Origin: Azolla caroliniana
Lineage: Eukaryota > Plantae > Polypodiophyta
Assembly (NCBI GenBank): GCA_043228905.1
Contig: JBHGNT010000002.1
Span: 3,410,001-3,474,000, forward strand
Length of the DNA stretch: 64,000 nt
Reading direction: 5' to 3'
Shown here: in pieces, positions 1-12,418 of the stretch
Numbering within the stretch: the stretch's first letter is position 1
Layout of the letters: each line of letters starts with the position of its first letter
Notes under the pieces: model-generated
What the model was told of the DNA's origin: nothing
Database searches by the model: none
The model's input: the letters and a program-made list of their open reading frames with translations, nothing else
Translations under genes and position numbers: made by a program

Positions 1-98
1 AGAAGAAGAAATGAATGAATTGAGTTAAATCGATTTATTATTGATGTGTGAAAAAAAATAAACAATATATAGAAATGAATTGCTCTACATATTTTTAC

Positions 99-247
99 GG
101 CCAAGGCCCACGTGGAAGACACGTAGGACGGGGACGTGGCAGATATAGTAAATCCATTACATATTCTAACATCGTAAAATTGGATTGGTCTGTTTTTCGT
201 TCTCTAGGCAAGCCTACGTGGAAGGCACGTAGGCGGTGACGTGGCAG
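99..247 (+). promoter_or_regulatory. Cluster of six ACGT-core (G-box/ABRE-like) motifs in two similar ~45-bp modules upstream of the NDL gene
   Basis: First module (~99-143): CCACGTGG, CACGTAGG, GACGTGGC. Second module (~207-247): TACGTGG, CACGTAGG, GACGTGGC. Confidence 0.5.
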
Positions 248-318
248 GGCCCGGACACCTGGCGCGGTGACGGGGCGGAGGCCCTAAATTTGTCCGGCTA
301 AAGATGGCGGGGACCAAT

Positions 319-470
319 CTCTCTCTAGACTCTCTCTCTCTCTCTCTCTCTCATTAATGCCAGCCACTCACCTCCCCCTTCATTCTCTCTCTCTCTCTCT
401 CTCTCTCTTCTGCAGGGTTTCGCCATAGCCAGCCAAGCAAGCTTTCTCTCTCTAGACTCACTCTGGTCTC

Positions 471-515
<45 letters not shown>

Positions 516-747
516 CCAGTCTCTGATCTGTCTGTGTCTGTCTGTCTGTCTGTCTCGCTCTGTCTTCGGCCCCCGAAACGATACGATTCCTGCTATATTT
601 TTCAGTTATTCGTGGAGCGAATCTCTCGGGAGGTTGTTTGTGAAGGGGAATGACTGAATTGGTCGCGCTCGCTAAGCACTGATATACTATGAAGGAGTTC
701 GCCTTCCTCTGCTGATCGGCCATGTCCGCTTCTTCTTAATTCTTCTT

Positions 748-778
<31 letters not shown>

Positions 779-815
779 ATTCTTCTTCTTAATTCTTCTT
801 TCTTCTTTCTTCTTC
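319..815. repeat. (CT)n, (TCTG)n and (CTT)n microsatellites in the NDL promoter/5' UTR
   Basis: Runs directly visible at ~319-510 (CT), ~528-555 (TCTG) and ~729-815 (CTT). Confidence 0.9.
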
Positions 816-851
816 GCAATCGTTGAGTTCCTTCTGAGCCGAAAACCTGCA

Positions 852-3800
852 ATGTCTGATCACGTCGCCATCAATTTGGACGCCGCTGAAACAATTCCAT
901 GGGGAGGACAGGTTTGCTTCCCGTAATCCTTCATTACTCTTCCAAATTTTTGATGTTTATGAAACTATCGCTGTCTCTTTCCCTCCATTCTTCTTCTTCT
1001 TCTCCTGCTCCTGCAGAGAACTGGACTTTGATTTCTCTCTTCTTCTTCTTCTTCTTCTTCTGCGGAGAACGGTTATCTTTCCTGTGAAATTTCCTTTTGC
1101 GTTCTTCAGCAGGCAGGCCCGAATTTCTCTTTTCTCTCCGTTCATTCTGCAGACAATGTCTGCCTTTTGCATTCTCGCCGTTCGTTCGAAAGAACATTCC
1201 TTCTGCGTTCTTCTTCACTAGGCAGGCTCGCTGTGGCATTCTCTCCCGTCTTTTGTGCAGAGAATGAACAGTGTTTCTTTCTCTCCGTTCTTCTTCAGAA
1301 GATGAATGCCTTTTCTTTCTAATTCTCTCATTCTGCGGAGAGGGGATGGTTTTTCTTTCTCTCCGTTCTTCTTCAGAAGATGAATGGTTTTTCTTTCTAT
1401 TCTCTCAGTCTGCGGAGAGGCAATGGCTTTTCTTTCTCTCCGTTCTTCTTCAGAAGATGAATGGTTTTTCTTTCTATTCTCTCATTCTGCAAAGAGGGAA
1501 TGGTTTTTCTTTCTCTCTGTTCTTCTTCAGAAGATGAATGCTTTTCTTTCTATTCTCTCATTCTGCGAAGAGGGAATGGTTTTTCTTTCTCTCCGTTCGT
1601 CTTCAGAAGATGAATGGTTTTTCTTTCTATTCTCTCATTCTGCGGAGAGGGAATAGTGTTTCTTTCTCTCCGTTCATCTGCATTTGCTTCCTTATCGTTA
1701 ACCTGCAGAGAATGGTTTTTCTTCTCGCATCATTAACATGTGCAAGCGGTTTTTTCTTCCGCGGAGAAACGGTTTGCTTTTTCTCTGCCTATCACTTAAC
1801 AATACGTCGTTCGCTTCAAAGCCATCCTTTTCTTCAAGGCTTGGTCGGACATTGCCGCTTCTGTTGATTGTAATACAAGGAGGGGACGGAGAAGAAGAAG
1901 ACGAAGGAAGAGACGGAGAGGAAGAAGAAGGAAGAACACGAATAAAGAAGAGAAAGCAGAAGAATTAAGAAGAAAGATATGTTGCCATGTTACCTGACTT
2001 CTACCGTCTGTGATTTCTGTAGGAGTACGTTGTGAAGACAACCTTTGGGCCTCTTTCAGTGTTTGTCTGTGGAGATCAAAGAAAGCCAGCGATGATAACT
2101 TATTCCGATGTTGCCTTGAATTGTAAGTCATAACTTATGTATTACTTATACATAAGTATATACGAATTCGTCATAATCTACAGCGTCTTTTTTCTGTATA
2201 TGCATGTACCTTTCAGTCATAGGCTATGTTGTTTTGTTTGATCTGAATTATTTTGTGTTTTTTGATGTTTAATACTCCCAGATATGTCATGCTTCCAAGG
2301 TCTTTTCTTCTGTCCCGAAGCTGCATCACTGTTGTTCCACAATGTCTGTGTTTATCATATTGATGCTCCAGGCCATGAGGTGATGAATTAACTAGCAATT
2401 TCTTTGTATATATTGCATTGAACATGAGAAAGCAATTGCTTCTGACTAACCTAAAACATTTCTCTAACGCTTGGTGTAATTTACTTCTACATATCTATCT
2501 ATATATAGCTTGGTGCTGCACCTATTGAAATGACCAAACAAACTGATCCCTTAAGCTCAGATAATTTGGCCGATCAAGTTGCTGAAGTTCTTGATTACTT
2601 CAGGTAATTAAGTCTCTGATTATTCTTCTGCTTGTTTCTTTCCTTCATTTCCTTGGCATATGCACATTGATTGAGCTTTGGTAAACTATAATGGAAACAC
2701 AGTTTGAAGGATGCTATATGTATGGGGGCTATGGCTGGGGCTTATATCCTCACTCTTTTTGCTGTGAGTAATCATTTCTCATCAACCTTTGCAAAATTAG
2801 TTGCATCCTTATGAGGAAGGATCATCTTGATTTATCTATCTTGTATGGCTTTTTATTTTATTGTAACTAAAGTTTCAGACTTTTGATTATAATAACTGGA
2901 ACGTTTCCCCAGTTTCATCATCTTGTTTTCTTGGATTTCTTTGCAGCTAAAGAACCCAGAGAGAGTTCTTGGATTGATATTGATTTCTCCTCTATGTCGA
3001 GCCCCAAGTTGGTCTGAATGGTTCTTCAACAAGGTTAGTCTATGCTTCTTGTTGATTTATATATTTTACCATTGAGGCCTTTGTATTTGAAATCTGCCTA
3101 CTACTCAATTCACTGAAAGATTGTTGAAATCTCAATTTTTCTCTGCAGTTGATGGGAAACCTTTTATACTTCTATGGAATGTGCAGTATGGTAAAGGAGA
3201 TCCTTCTTGGGCGCTTTTTCAGCCAAGTAAATTTCTCCATAATATCCTATTAAGTATGTTTAATTGCACACCTACTGGAAAATTTAAGCACTCAAGAGCA
3301 AGTAAGAACCCGTTCATAATAATTTATTGCCAATTCATTGCCTTAATGGAATAGGGAATGGATATTCCCTAGAAATTGTAGCATTCAAAGCTGTTCAAGG
3401 TCTCAAACCCTATCTCATATATTCAGTTCTACCCCTTTGAATATAATCAAACAGAAAATAGTTTGTTGTGGGCTCCAAGGAGATCTAATATTTGGTGCTC
3501 ACAAATGATTGGCCAAGCCAAACTGTGTTTGTGCGACCTTAGTTTTATGAATCATCTTGTTTTGATGGTATAAAGTATCAGAACTATCAAATTATTACTT
3601 CCTAAGGCAAAACTTAAAAGCAAAAGAGGTTAGGCATATGTTTATTCTTTCAGTGGATTAAACAGAAGATTTTCAGGAAGAGTTCCTTAGCATCCATCTT
3701 ATACAATTCAAAGCTTATTTTATAGTTTGTAACTTTTTTAGCATGCCCAATGTGGCATTATAACACTAATAATCGGATGAGTTCCAACAAAAAAATAAAC

Positions 3801-5436
3801 TAAAATGAAATGCCCAGTTTTCATGGACATATATATAATGCAATGCAGAAATAAGCCTTTTTACTCCTGAATGTATGATTTGACAGAAAATTTAAGATTT
3901 CTTCGACAAATGAGTATTTATCTACATTGTGCATTGCTTGCTGTGTTTGTATCCCCAATCATATTCATTTGCATGTCACATCAAAAGATCAATTTGGTTC
4001 CCTGGATAATTTCCAATAATTGTCTTCCTGAAATTCTGTATACTTGTGATTTAAATAAAAAATTAGTGTCCTGACTCACTCTGGGTGGTTACTGCAGGAT
4101 CTTCTTGATTCCGATTCAGACATTGTTCGGGCTTGTACAAGGGTGAGTGTCATATTCCATATCAGTGTTCTTTTAATGGGTTTTATTTTCACGCTTTCTG
4201 CTTAATAGATTGATTAAGCATACACCATTAATGAGACATATTATTTTATTTCTACACCACATAAATTAGTCACACATTAGTTAAGTAGAGTAACTTAATT
4301 TGTTGCCAAATCTTGATCTATCAACTTTGCATTACTTAGTTCCCAGAACTTGAGTACTTTGATAGCACAGTTCTCTGGCATTTCCGTGTTAATTTAGCAA
4401 GCATTGTGGCAAATTCATTTTGATAATTTATTTTCCTTCTTATTTTTCTACAACCAGCCAATTCCTTGGAAATAATTATTGACTGGAATCCCATTTTATC
4501 TTTCTGGCAGCTATTAGATGAGAGGCAAAGTGCAAATGTCTCACGATTTTTGCAAGCTATACATCAGTATGTATCGTGCTTAACAGCATGTTTCAAGAGC
4601 CTAATTATTAGCTATATCTTAAGCTGATTTTTTAATTCGTTTGTGCTTACAACAGAAGGAAAGATCTCACGAATTCATTGAAAAAGTTGACATGCCGTGT
4701 CCTGATGTTCACCGGTGAACATTCACCTTTCTATGATGAAGCTGTCCATATGAGCAAGCATGTGGATCGACGGTCAAGTGCCTTGGTTGAGGTACAAATA
4801 GGGTTTCTAGGATGGCTGTGAGAATTTGTATCAGTGATGATAACCTTAGCCTCCTTGGCCTCTATAGGCTTCTAGGAAGCTTGTGAGCATTTACATCGTT
4901 GCTAATCTTGTTTTTACTAGGTTTTCAGGATGCTTGTGAACATTTATATTAGTGATAATCTTGTCCTCAATAGGCTTATATTAGTAATAATCTTGTCCTC
5001 AATAGGCTTATATTATTGAAAATATTGTCCTGAAATAGGTTAAGTATTCTTGTGGGAATGTCTACATTGTGGATTGTCGATAATCTTGATCTTACTAGGT
5101 TTTCCTGATGATGTTTGTCTTCAAAATAGGTTTAAGAGGATGTTTATGAGCAATTTCTATTTATAATCTTGACGTGTGACACTCAAATGTTCTTTGTAGG
5201 TCCAAGCTTGTGGATCACTTGTGAGTGAGGAACAACCTCATTCAATGCTGGTTCCCATGGAATATTTCCTGATGGGTTATGGCTTCTATAAACCTCTCCA
5301 TTATTCAAACCATAGCACCTCATCACCCACTAGTCCACTGAGCCCACCTTGTATTTCGCCCGAGCTTCTCTCACCTGAAAGTCTCGGCATCAAGCTAAAA
5401 CCCATCAAGACGAGAGTAGTTCTTGATGAATGCTGA
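852..5436 (+). CDS. NDL: NDR/N-myc downregulated-like protein (SF21 family, alpha/beta-hydrolase fold), 11 exons
   Basis: Exons ~852-911, 2023-2122, 2282-2379, 2509-2603, 2703-2763, 2947-3033, 3149-3226, 4098-4142, 4511-4566, 4656-4791, 5200-5436, all GT-AG and in phase. Translation includes [67 protein letters not shown] and [20 protein letters not shown], which match the plant NDL1-3 family. Confidence 0.95.
1271..1680. repeat. ~78-bp minisatellite, about 5 copies, in NDL intron 1
   Basis: Unit TTTCTTTCTCTCCGTTCTTCTTCAGAAGATGAATGG...ATTCTGCGGAGAGGGAATGG recurs. It explains the repeating [12 protein letters not shown] ORFs in the track. Confidence 0.9.
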
Positions 5437-6382
5437 TCGATATACTACATTCTTTGACAACTTATATTAATCAGGGGAGACTACTGCATGGCCATAACCA
5501 TAACCATAACCTCATTAACAAGCTATTATTGTTGTTCCCCCCAGCCCCTGCCTTTTTGTTGACTTACCATGGAAGAGGCTGTATAGATTTGCGGTGTGAT
5601 GGAAATACAGTGATAGGACACAGATGAAAAAAATGTAGGATTCATCATTTTTGTATTCGCGAAGAAATTAATAAATGTGACTTGGGCTCAGTTAGCTTTA
5701 GCATTCTTTTGTGTAAATTTGACAACATTTATTTGATCTCTTGAAATGATAAATTCAATTTGGCCATCTTCTGGCTTGAAATATTTAAAATAATTTTTTG
5801 AGTAATGAGAATTTCATGGAGGTTTGTATTAACTTATGGAAGTGTATACATGAATTGCTGTTTGATTACTGATTCTTGAATAGTTAAAACTTAACAGATT
5901 GAAATAGTTACATATACCCTTCTTTTGTAGCTTAATAACATTATTCAACCTCATTTATGGTCAATCCAACTTCTCCAGCTTGGATCAATAAATTGACGGG
6001 ATGTCAATGGTAGTAATAGCATGTATAGTGCGTAGAGCTCCGGTCTTTTTCTCCTACATAAGAGAAGGTGAATCTTCAATGAATAGATGCCAATACCAGC
6101 CATTCATTACTGATAATTTAGATGTGGATTAGAATCAAAGACTTTGCCAATGAAGAAGTTTCATCCTTGAAACTTAGCTATTGGATTAATCTCCTCGATG
6201 AACAGGTGTTATTAGTAATTTGTTTAGGTATGGATTTGTATTAAAAACCATAGTAATGGCTCCTCTTGGAGGAACGTTACATTCCAAAGTTGGCTACTCT
6301 ATGTATAGGTTAGTGCCAATACTACTCATATAAATGTCTTACTAATGGAGAAATTTTAACCTTGAAACTTAGCTATTCAATG

Positions 6383-6625
6383 CATAGTACGTAAAATTTG
6401 TGTTCGTCTAGCATAACATTCGTTTTCCTACGTTGGAAAACGAATGCGAATGTTATTCAAACATTCTTGTGTTTTTTTTCCCATTTTTTAGGCTTATTTA
6501 CCTCATAATAAATAGTTAATCCAAAAGTATGGTATTTAATATTCTTTGAGGGTGTTTTTCTTACGCGAATGATTGAAACATTCACGAATGCGAATGCACG
6601 TATGGTACGTATGGTTCATACTATG
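6383..6625. mobile_element. hAT-type MITE (~243 bp)
   Basis: Ends CATAGTACG...CATACTATG (short imperfect TIR). Identical 8-bp TSD ATTCAATG at 6375-6382 and 6626-6633. Internal CGAATG repeats. Confidence 0.75.
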
Positions 6626-6839
6626 ATTCAATGCATCTCCTTGAGGGAGACGTGAAATATTTCAGCACTCAAAGATGCATTATACATATATACACACACA
6701 CACACACACAAGGAGACGCATACGTACATAAATACATACATACATACGCATGTAAGTATACACATAAAATTTACTCTTTTTAACTTACAGTTTGACAGGA
6801 AGGACATAAAAGAGGCGGATGTGATAGGGGCAATCATGT

Positions 6840-7996
6840 GGAGTGATAGGGGTGAGATGTTGGATGCGGAAAATGAAGCATCTTCTAATTTTGGATAAGG
6901 ATGAGTGATGAAGGTGTTGAGGGTTGTTATAGGATTTAATGAGAAGACGAGGAGAGTAGTGTCACTTTGTTATTGTAACTACACAATTTTGGTGATAAAT
7001 TAGCGTGTGATGGTTGATGTCGTTTATGAAGCACAATTCATTTTTTTGATAAGGATGAATGATGGTGGTGTGGGGGCTGAAGCATAGTCTCTTGAGAAGA
7101 CCAGACTCCTTAATTGTTTGTATGTACAGGATTTTGGCGATAATCGGCGAAATGTTTGATGTGGACTTGATGAAGAAGAATCTATGTTTTTGATAAGGAC
7201 GAGTGATGAGGGTGTGGGGGGTGAAGCATATTCTCATGAGGAGATGAGGAAACAAGACTAGTTGTATTGTTGTATGTGTAGGATTTTGGTGGTATTCGGC
7301 GAGATGATTGATGTGGACTTAACAAAGCAGTTTTTATGGTTTGGATAAGGATGAGTGATGATGGTGTGGAGGCCGAAGCATATTCTAATGAGAAGATGAG
7401 GAATTTAAACTCATTTTATTGTCTATGTGCAAGAATTTGGTGGTAATCGGTGAGATGGTTGATGTGGATTTCATGAAGCAATTTGTATGTTTTTGATAAG
7501 GATGAGTGATGATGGTGCGGGGGTCAAAGCATTAGCTCATGAGGAGAGGAGAAAATTGACTTAATGTGTTGTTGTATGACACGAAGTCGGTGGTACCCGA
7601 CGAGATGGTGGATGTGGAAAGAGGACGCATATTTGTTAAGTTGACAGTATAATGTATTTGATTTGATGTGGATTTCATGAAGCAATTTGTATGTTTTTTA
7701 TAAGGATGAGTGATGATGGTGCGGGGGTCAAAGCATTAGCTCATGAGGAGAGGAGAAAATTGACTTAATGTGTTGTTGTATGACACGAAGTCGGTGGTAC
7801 CCGACGAGATGGTGGATGTGGAAAGAGGACGCATATTTGTTAAGTTGACAGTATAATGTATTTGATCGCCTTCAAATTTGTGATGTACAGGAAGTTGGTG
7901 GTAACCGGTGAGATGGTTGATGTGGAAAGAGGAAGCATATTTGTTAAGTTGACAGTATAATGTATTGGATCGCCTTCAAATTAGTGATATACAGGC
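6840..7996. repeat. Degenerate ~150-bp tandem array with a nested near-exact 204-bp duplication
   Basis: GATAAGGATGAGTGATGATGG and GAGATGGTTGATGTGGA recur about every 150 bp. 7461-7662 is repeated almost exactly at 7665-7866. Confidence 0.85.
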
Positions 7997-10229
7997 ATGG
8001 CATACACTATTATCTACCTTGAAAGTTTCTAGTGGCATTGGGGGTTTTTTGGATAAAGATTATGTTGAACAGGAGCAGGTTGAAGAAGTATTGAAAGGTT
8101 CATAACTATGACATGTGAGAGCTTGTTTCCGAATATAAGTACTTTGCTTGTTGTCTACGGATATGATATCTTGCATTGTGTCTAAGGAATAGCTTGCAAT
8201 TAGTGGATTGTTTTCTCTACTTTGGATTTGCTTCCTCAATCAGTGTCTTACACAAGACGGGTTGGGGGGGAAAAAACTTTGTATCTTGTAGCCTTTATGA
8301 CCCTTTTTATACAACTAATGGAAGGATATTTTGTTTTGGAAAAAAGAAGAAGTATACACATACATACATGTGCATTCATTCTTCTCCTTGTTATTCAATT
8401 TTCCACTTTCAATAATGAGCTAATTACATTACACCAAATCTTGAAGCTCCACTTATACATACGTATGTAAGTATACACATAAATACATGTGCATTATCTT
8501 GAGCTAATTGTCAACCTGCAATCCTCTTTGTTAATTAGCTAAGCAAGTTGTTGGGAGTGAGAAAACATATTCTAATTTACTTTGAACCTCATTATGTTTG
8601 TACCTAGGGTATGTTAATGCCATTAGAACAATGTTAAGAGAGACATTGTGTAACTATAAACCCAAACAACTCACTACAATAGGAGCTATAAGACATGGTT
8701 CTCATGCGTACCAAAAGTATCATTTTTCTTTGCAAATGTCATCATTGGAATTTGGAGTACACTATGTATTGAATTTGTTACCATGGGGAATAACATTGAC
8801 CCCAACTTACATGATCCCTTCACCATAATAAGGGCTTATGGGGTAGCCTAAACATCCACACATAAGTACCCTTCCGCAAAAAAATGGCTAATTAAACCAA
8901 TTTATTTGTACATGTATTGTGGATATAGAAATAGAAGAGTGTCTAGAAGACAAGACACAATGAGAGTCTATTAAAGATTGATTGATAAGAAAGATAAGGT
9001 TAAATGTAATATGGTACAAAGTTCTCAGACAATAATGTTCTCACAAACTCCATTGGAAGTACCAATATGTGTTTGTGAGGTAGAAGCTTTTCATAATCCC
9101 ACGTTGGGATAAAATGTATTTAGGTTATACCTCTATTTCAAAATACTTATGTACATCAAGACAACCCAATCTACACTAACCAACTCTCCATAAAATTATT
9201 AAGATACCTTTGTAATATGATGTTGTTCAATTGGGGTGAGTTTCGTAAATAAGTTGTCGAAATTCGAAGAAGGTCCTTTATTCGGCGAGTTTTAATGACT
9301 GAACTTTTTTGTTAATTTAGGGTCAAATTATATGTAAACTCACAATACATGACTTGTATTCAAGGGATAGCTTTTTTTTTGTATTTTTGCTATGAATTTG
9401 TAATTAGTCTATAAATTGATGGGCTAAAGAAGACAAAAACTCTCCACCCTTTTCCCCCCAATCTATAACCTTATCATATGGTTATAAAATTTTCCTTATT
9501 ATATAATTGTTTTCATGTTGACATACATACACGTTTTTGTGGTTGTTCTCTTTACCCCGTTTTCTCTATTTTTTACCTTTGGACCCGCCACATCACAACA
9601 TCCACTCCCACCAAACCTACACATCTTTTGGTATGTGTCAAGAATGACGGGGCCAAAGGTAGTCACTCTTTGTTTCCTACACTACTTGAGTTGCCTATCT
9701 TTATTCTTCCAATCTCCACCATGTCCATTCTTCATATCCTCCTTTTGGTCATGGCACCTCAACCTCCCTTTTGTCATGAATCCGCTTTTCCTTTTGCCCA
9801 ATCTAGGCCCCGTCCAAACATTGACCCTGACCACTCTTTGTAACTTTGGAACCCCCACATCATGACAATGTAACTTTGATTATGGATGGTGGCAAATTGT
9901 GAAAAGATAGTTGACATTCCAAATTGCCACTTCTAACAAATGTTTCATTCAGAAAATATTAATTAGAGTTTACCTTTGAGATTAAAGAGATGTGAACTAG
10001 TAACATGCAATTGTTTCTTTTGCAAATTGTTCAAGTGGAAGATAATACTCATTGGCTTATATAGTGTTTGATTGCTTGTCACATTCGATATTATATTCCT
10101 AAAATTCGACAAGTTTTGTTATGTTGTTAATTGGTGTTGAGATAATGTGTGTTTGCAAAGTTTGCATAGCTCAACCCGAGATTAAATCTGCACAATTTTC
10201 CTCTTTCTAGGATATGATAGGGTATGCTA

Positions 10230-11552
10230 GAAATTTCTAAAAAGTGTGATGGGGAAACTCGGCTTTCAAGAGTCATGAATCAAAGGCACGTCAAGATTTT
10301 ATAGGAATGCCAGCAGTTGCGTTTCACTGGCAGGGGAAAGGGGCCCCTTCTTCCGAATATCGCAATCTGTACGACAGGGATGCCCACTGGCTCTATCCTT
10401 ATTTCTATTATACGCCGAATCACTCTCTAGCTTTCTCAACTCGTGGCATGTAAACCTATGTGGTCTTCTTGTGCCGAACTCTCACCAAAGCCTCCTGGAT
10501 ATAGATTTTGCAGATGACACTGCAATCTACTTGCAAGGGGACTTGGAAAATCTACAGAAGTTAGAAAGTGGATTAGTTGAATTTTGCCAGAGATCAAACG
10601 CCATGATCAATTCGCACAAATCTTGTGCAATATGGCTTTCTCATGACGCACATCCTACATTACACCCACATCATGCTTTCAAGTGGATCAATCAGGAGCG
10701 AGCACCAAATATTTGGGTTTCCAAATTGGATTCAATAGTCCTCCAGAGACTATGATTGCACAAGTTATTCACTCCATTTGACAAAAGTTGATACATTGGA
10801 GCTCGAAAAAACTCTCGCTATCAGGTTGCCTATCATGTTGGCCAAACTCGCAACAACATGGTATTCCCTATCATGTTGGACAATATCCAAGGAAAGTATA
10901 CATCATATTTAGTGTCTGGTACGCAACTACATTTGGTTTGGTAAGGAAGATCATGCAACCCGTGCCAAGGTGGCATGGCCTATACTCACATCACCTAAGT
11001 TGAGAGGAGGATTGGATCTGATTGATCCCCTCTCACAATCCAAAGCCCTACTTCCCAAATTTGCAGTGTGAGGACTCCAACATGGGGGATGACTATTCGA
11101 AAATGTTGTTGAGGTAAGGTTCGCTTACTTTACGCCACGATAGGCTACGAGGAGGAGGGATCTTTGATCCCAAGAGGTAGGGAATAACCAGACAAGATCA
11201 AAAGCCATGAATTGCGAGACAATGAATAAGAGGCACTAACTTTGAATATGGCAATTTGAGTACTCGCATATACTAGTCATAAATGGATTATAGATTCCGA
11301 TTTGATCAAAGTACAATAAGAATGGCACATATGTACTCACGAGAAGACATGGCTATGTAAGGTTAGTTGGGACCCTTTGCAATGGACGTGGTGTGATCCT
11401 TATGCGGGTCAAGGAAGCAAAGCCATCACTTTCTTCCAATTCACGACTAGATTGGGTCACCACATTCTAGCCGGTCAAACTGCCCAAGAGCCGACTGCTG
11501 CAAAGGTCTAGCACACATATCATGTTCCTCACACAATTATCACCAAGTTTTC
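10230..11552 (+). mobile_element. Degenerate L1-type LINE, RT and C-terminal remnant
   Basis: Translates to PFFRISQSVRQGCPLA and LLDIDFADDTAIYL (RT motifs), with frameshifts and stops. Colinear with the copy at ~15340-16700. Confidence 0.9.
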
Positions 11553-11652
11553 NNNNNNNNNNNNNNNNNNNNNNNNNNNNNNNNNNNNNNNNNNNNNNNN
11601 NNNNNNNNNNNNNNNNNNNNNNNNNNNNNNNNNNNNNNNNNNNNNNNNNNNN
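11553..11652. other. Assembly gap (100 N, probably of unknown true size)
   Basis: Run of exactly 100 N. Confidence 0.99.
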
Positions 11653-12265
11653 ACAGGTGCTCAAAATTATATGTCTTTTGCTTGAGCCGTGCGTTGATCT
11701 GTCGATGGGCCCAGTCCTCGCAGTCCTTTTGCTGGCGGAGATATTCCTTTAGCCGTTCAATTTCCGTTTCCGCGGTCTTCCGCAGCTTGTCCTTTTCCTG
11801 TAGCACTTTGTCTTTTTCCTCCTTTAGCCGGTCGTACGCTTGATGGCCTTTCCGGAGGCTCTCCTCTACCCGGCGGAGGTTCTCAACAGTCTTCTTTAAT
11901 TCTGATTCAGCCGCTGTCTTCAATTCCCGTTCCCGGCTCCCTTCTTGTGCGGCAAGTTCATCTCTCAATTCCGCAAGCTCCTGGGCTTGCGCCGCATCTC
12001 TCTCTGGAACGGTTTCCGTTGCCGGGGTCTTATTGGTATGTATAGGTTGATCTGTTTCTTTATTCTGTACACTTACCGGAGTCACCGGTGATTGAATCTG
12101 TGTTGCCGTTAAGGCCATTTTGGCCATCTCTGTCATGACCTGATCTAAGTCTTTTTCAAGGCACCGGATTCTGGACCAGGCCGTCTCTAGTTGTTCGGTT
12201 GTGACGAGCAACCGTTCGCTTTTGCACTCTTTCTTCCACCTCAATATACCCCATTGCTCCGACAA
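11653..12265 (-). CDS. Uninterrupted coiled-coil ORF (>200 codons, runs into the gap), probably element-encoded
   Basis: ORF track 11540..12265. E/K/L/Q-rich heptad-like sequence (ELAELRDELAAQE, RLKEEKDKVLQEKDKL). The called start is TTG. No family motif recognised. Confidence 0.5.
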
Positions 12266-12269
12266 TCTA

Positions 12270-12418
12270 TTCGCCTATCCACCAGAACCACAGGCTACCG
12301 GTGCCTTGTTGCATTTGCACGGAGGTTTGACGGATGGGCTCGCTTGTAGATGGGTGGTCAAACCTCCGTGCAAACGCAACAAGGCACCGGTAGCCTGTGG
12401 CTCCGGTGGATAGGCGAA
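12270..12418. repeat. Inverted repeat: 62-bp arms, 25-nt loop, 3 mismatches
   Basis: TTCGCCTATCCACCAGAACC...GGAGGTTTGAC (12270-12331) pairs with GTCAAACCTCC...GGTGGATAGGCGAA (12357-12418). Confidence 0.95.

Noticed and set aside
325-2131. Many ORFs with RERE, FFFF or SSSS runs
   Set aside because: Translations of microsatellites and the intron-1 minisatellite of NDL.
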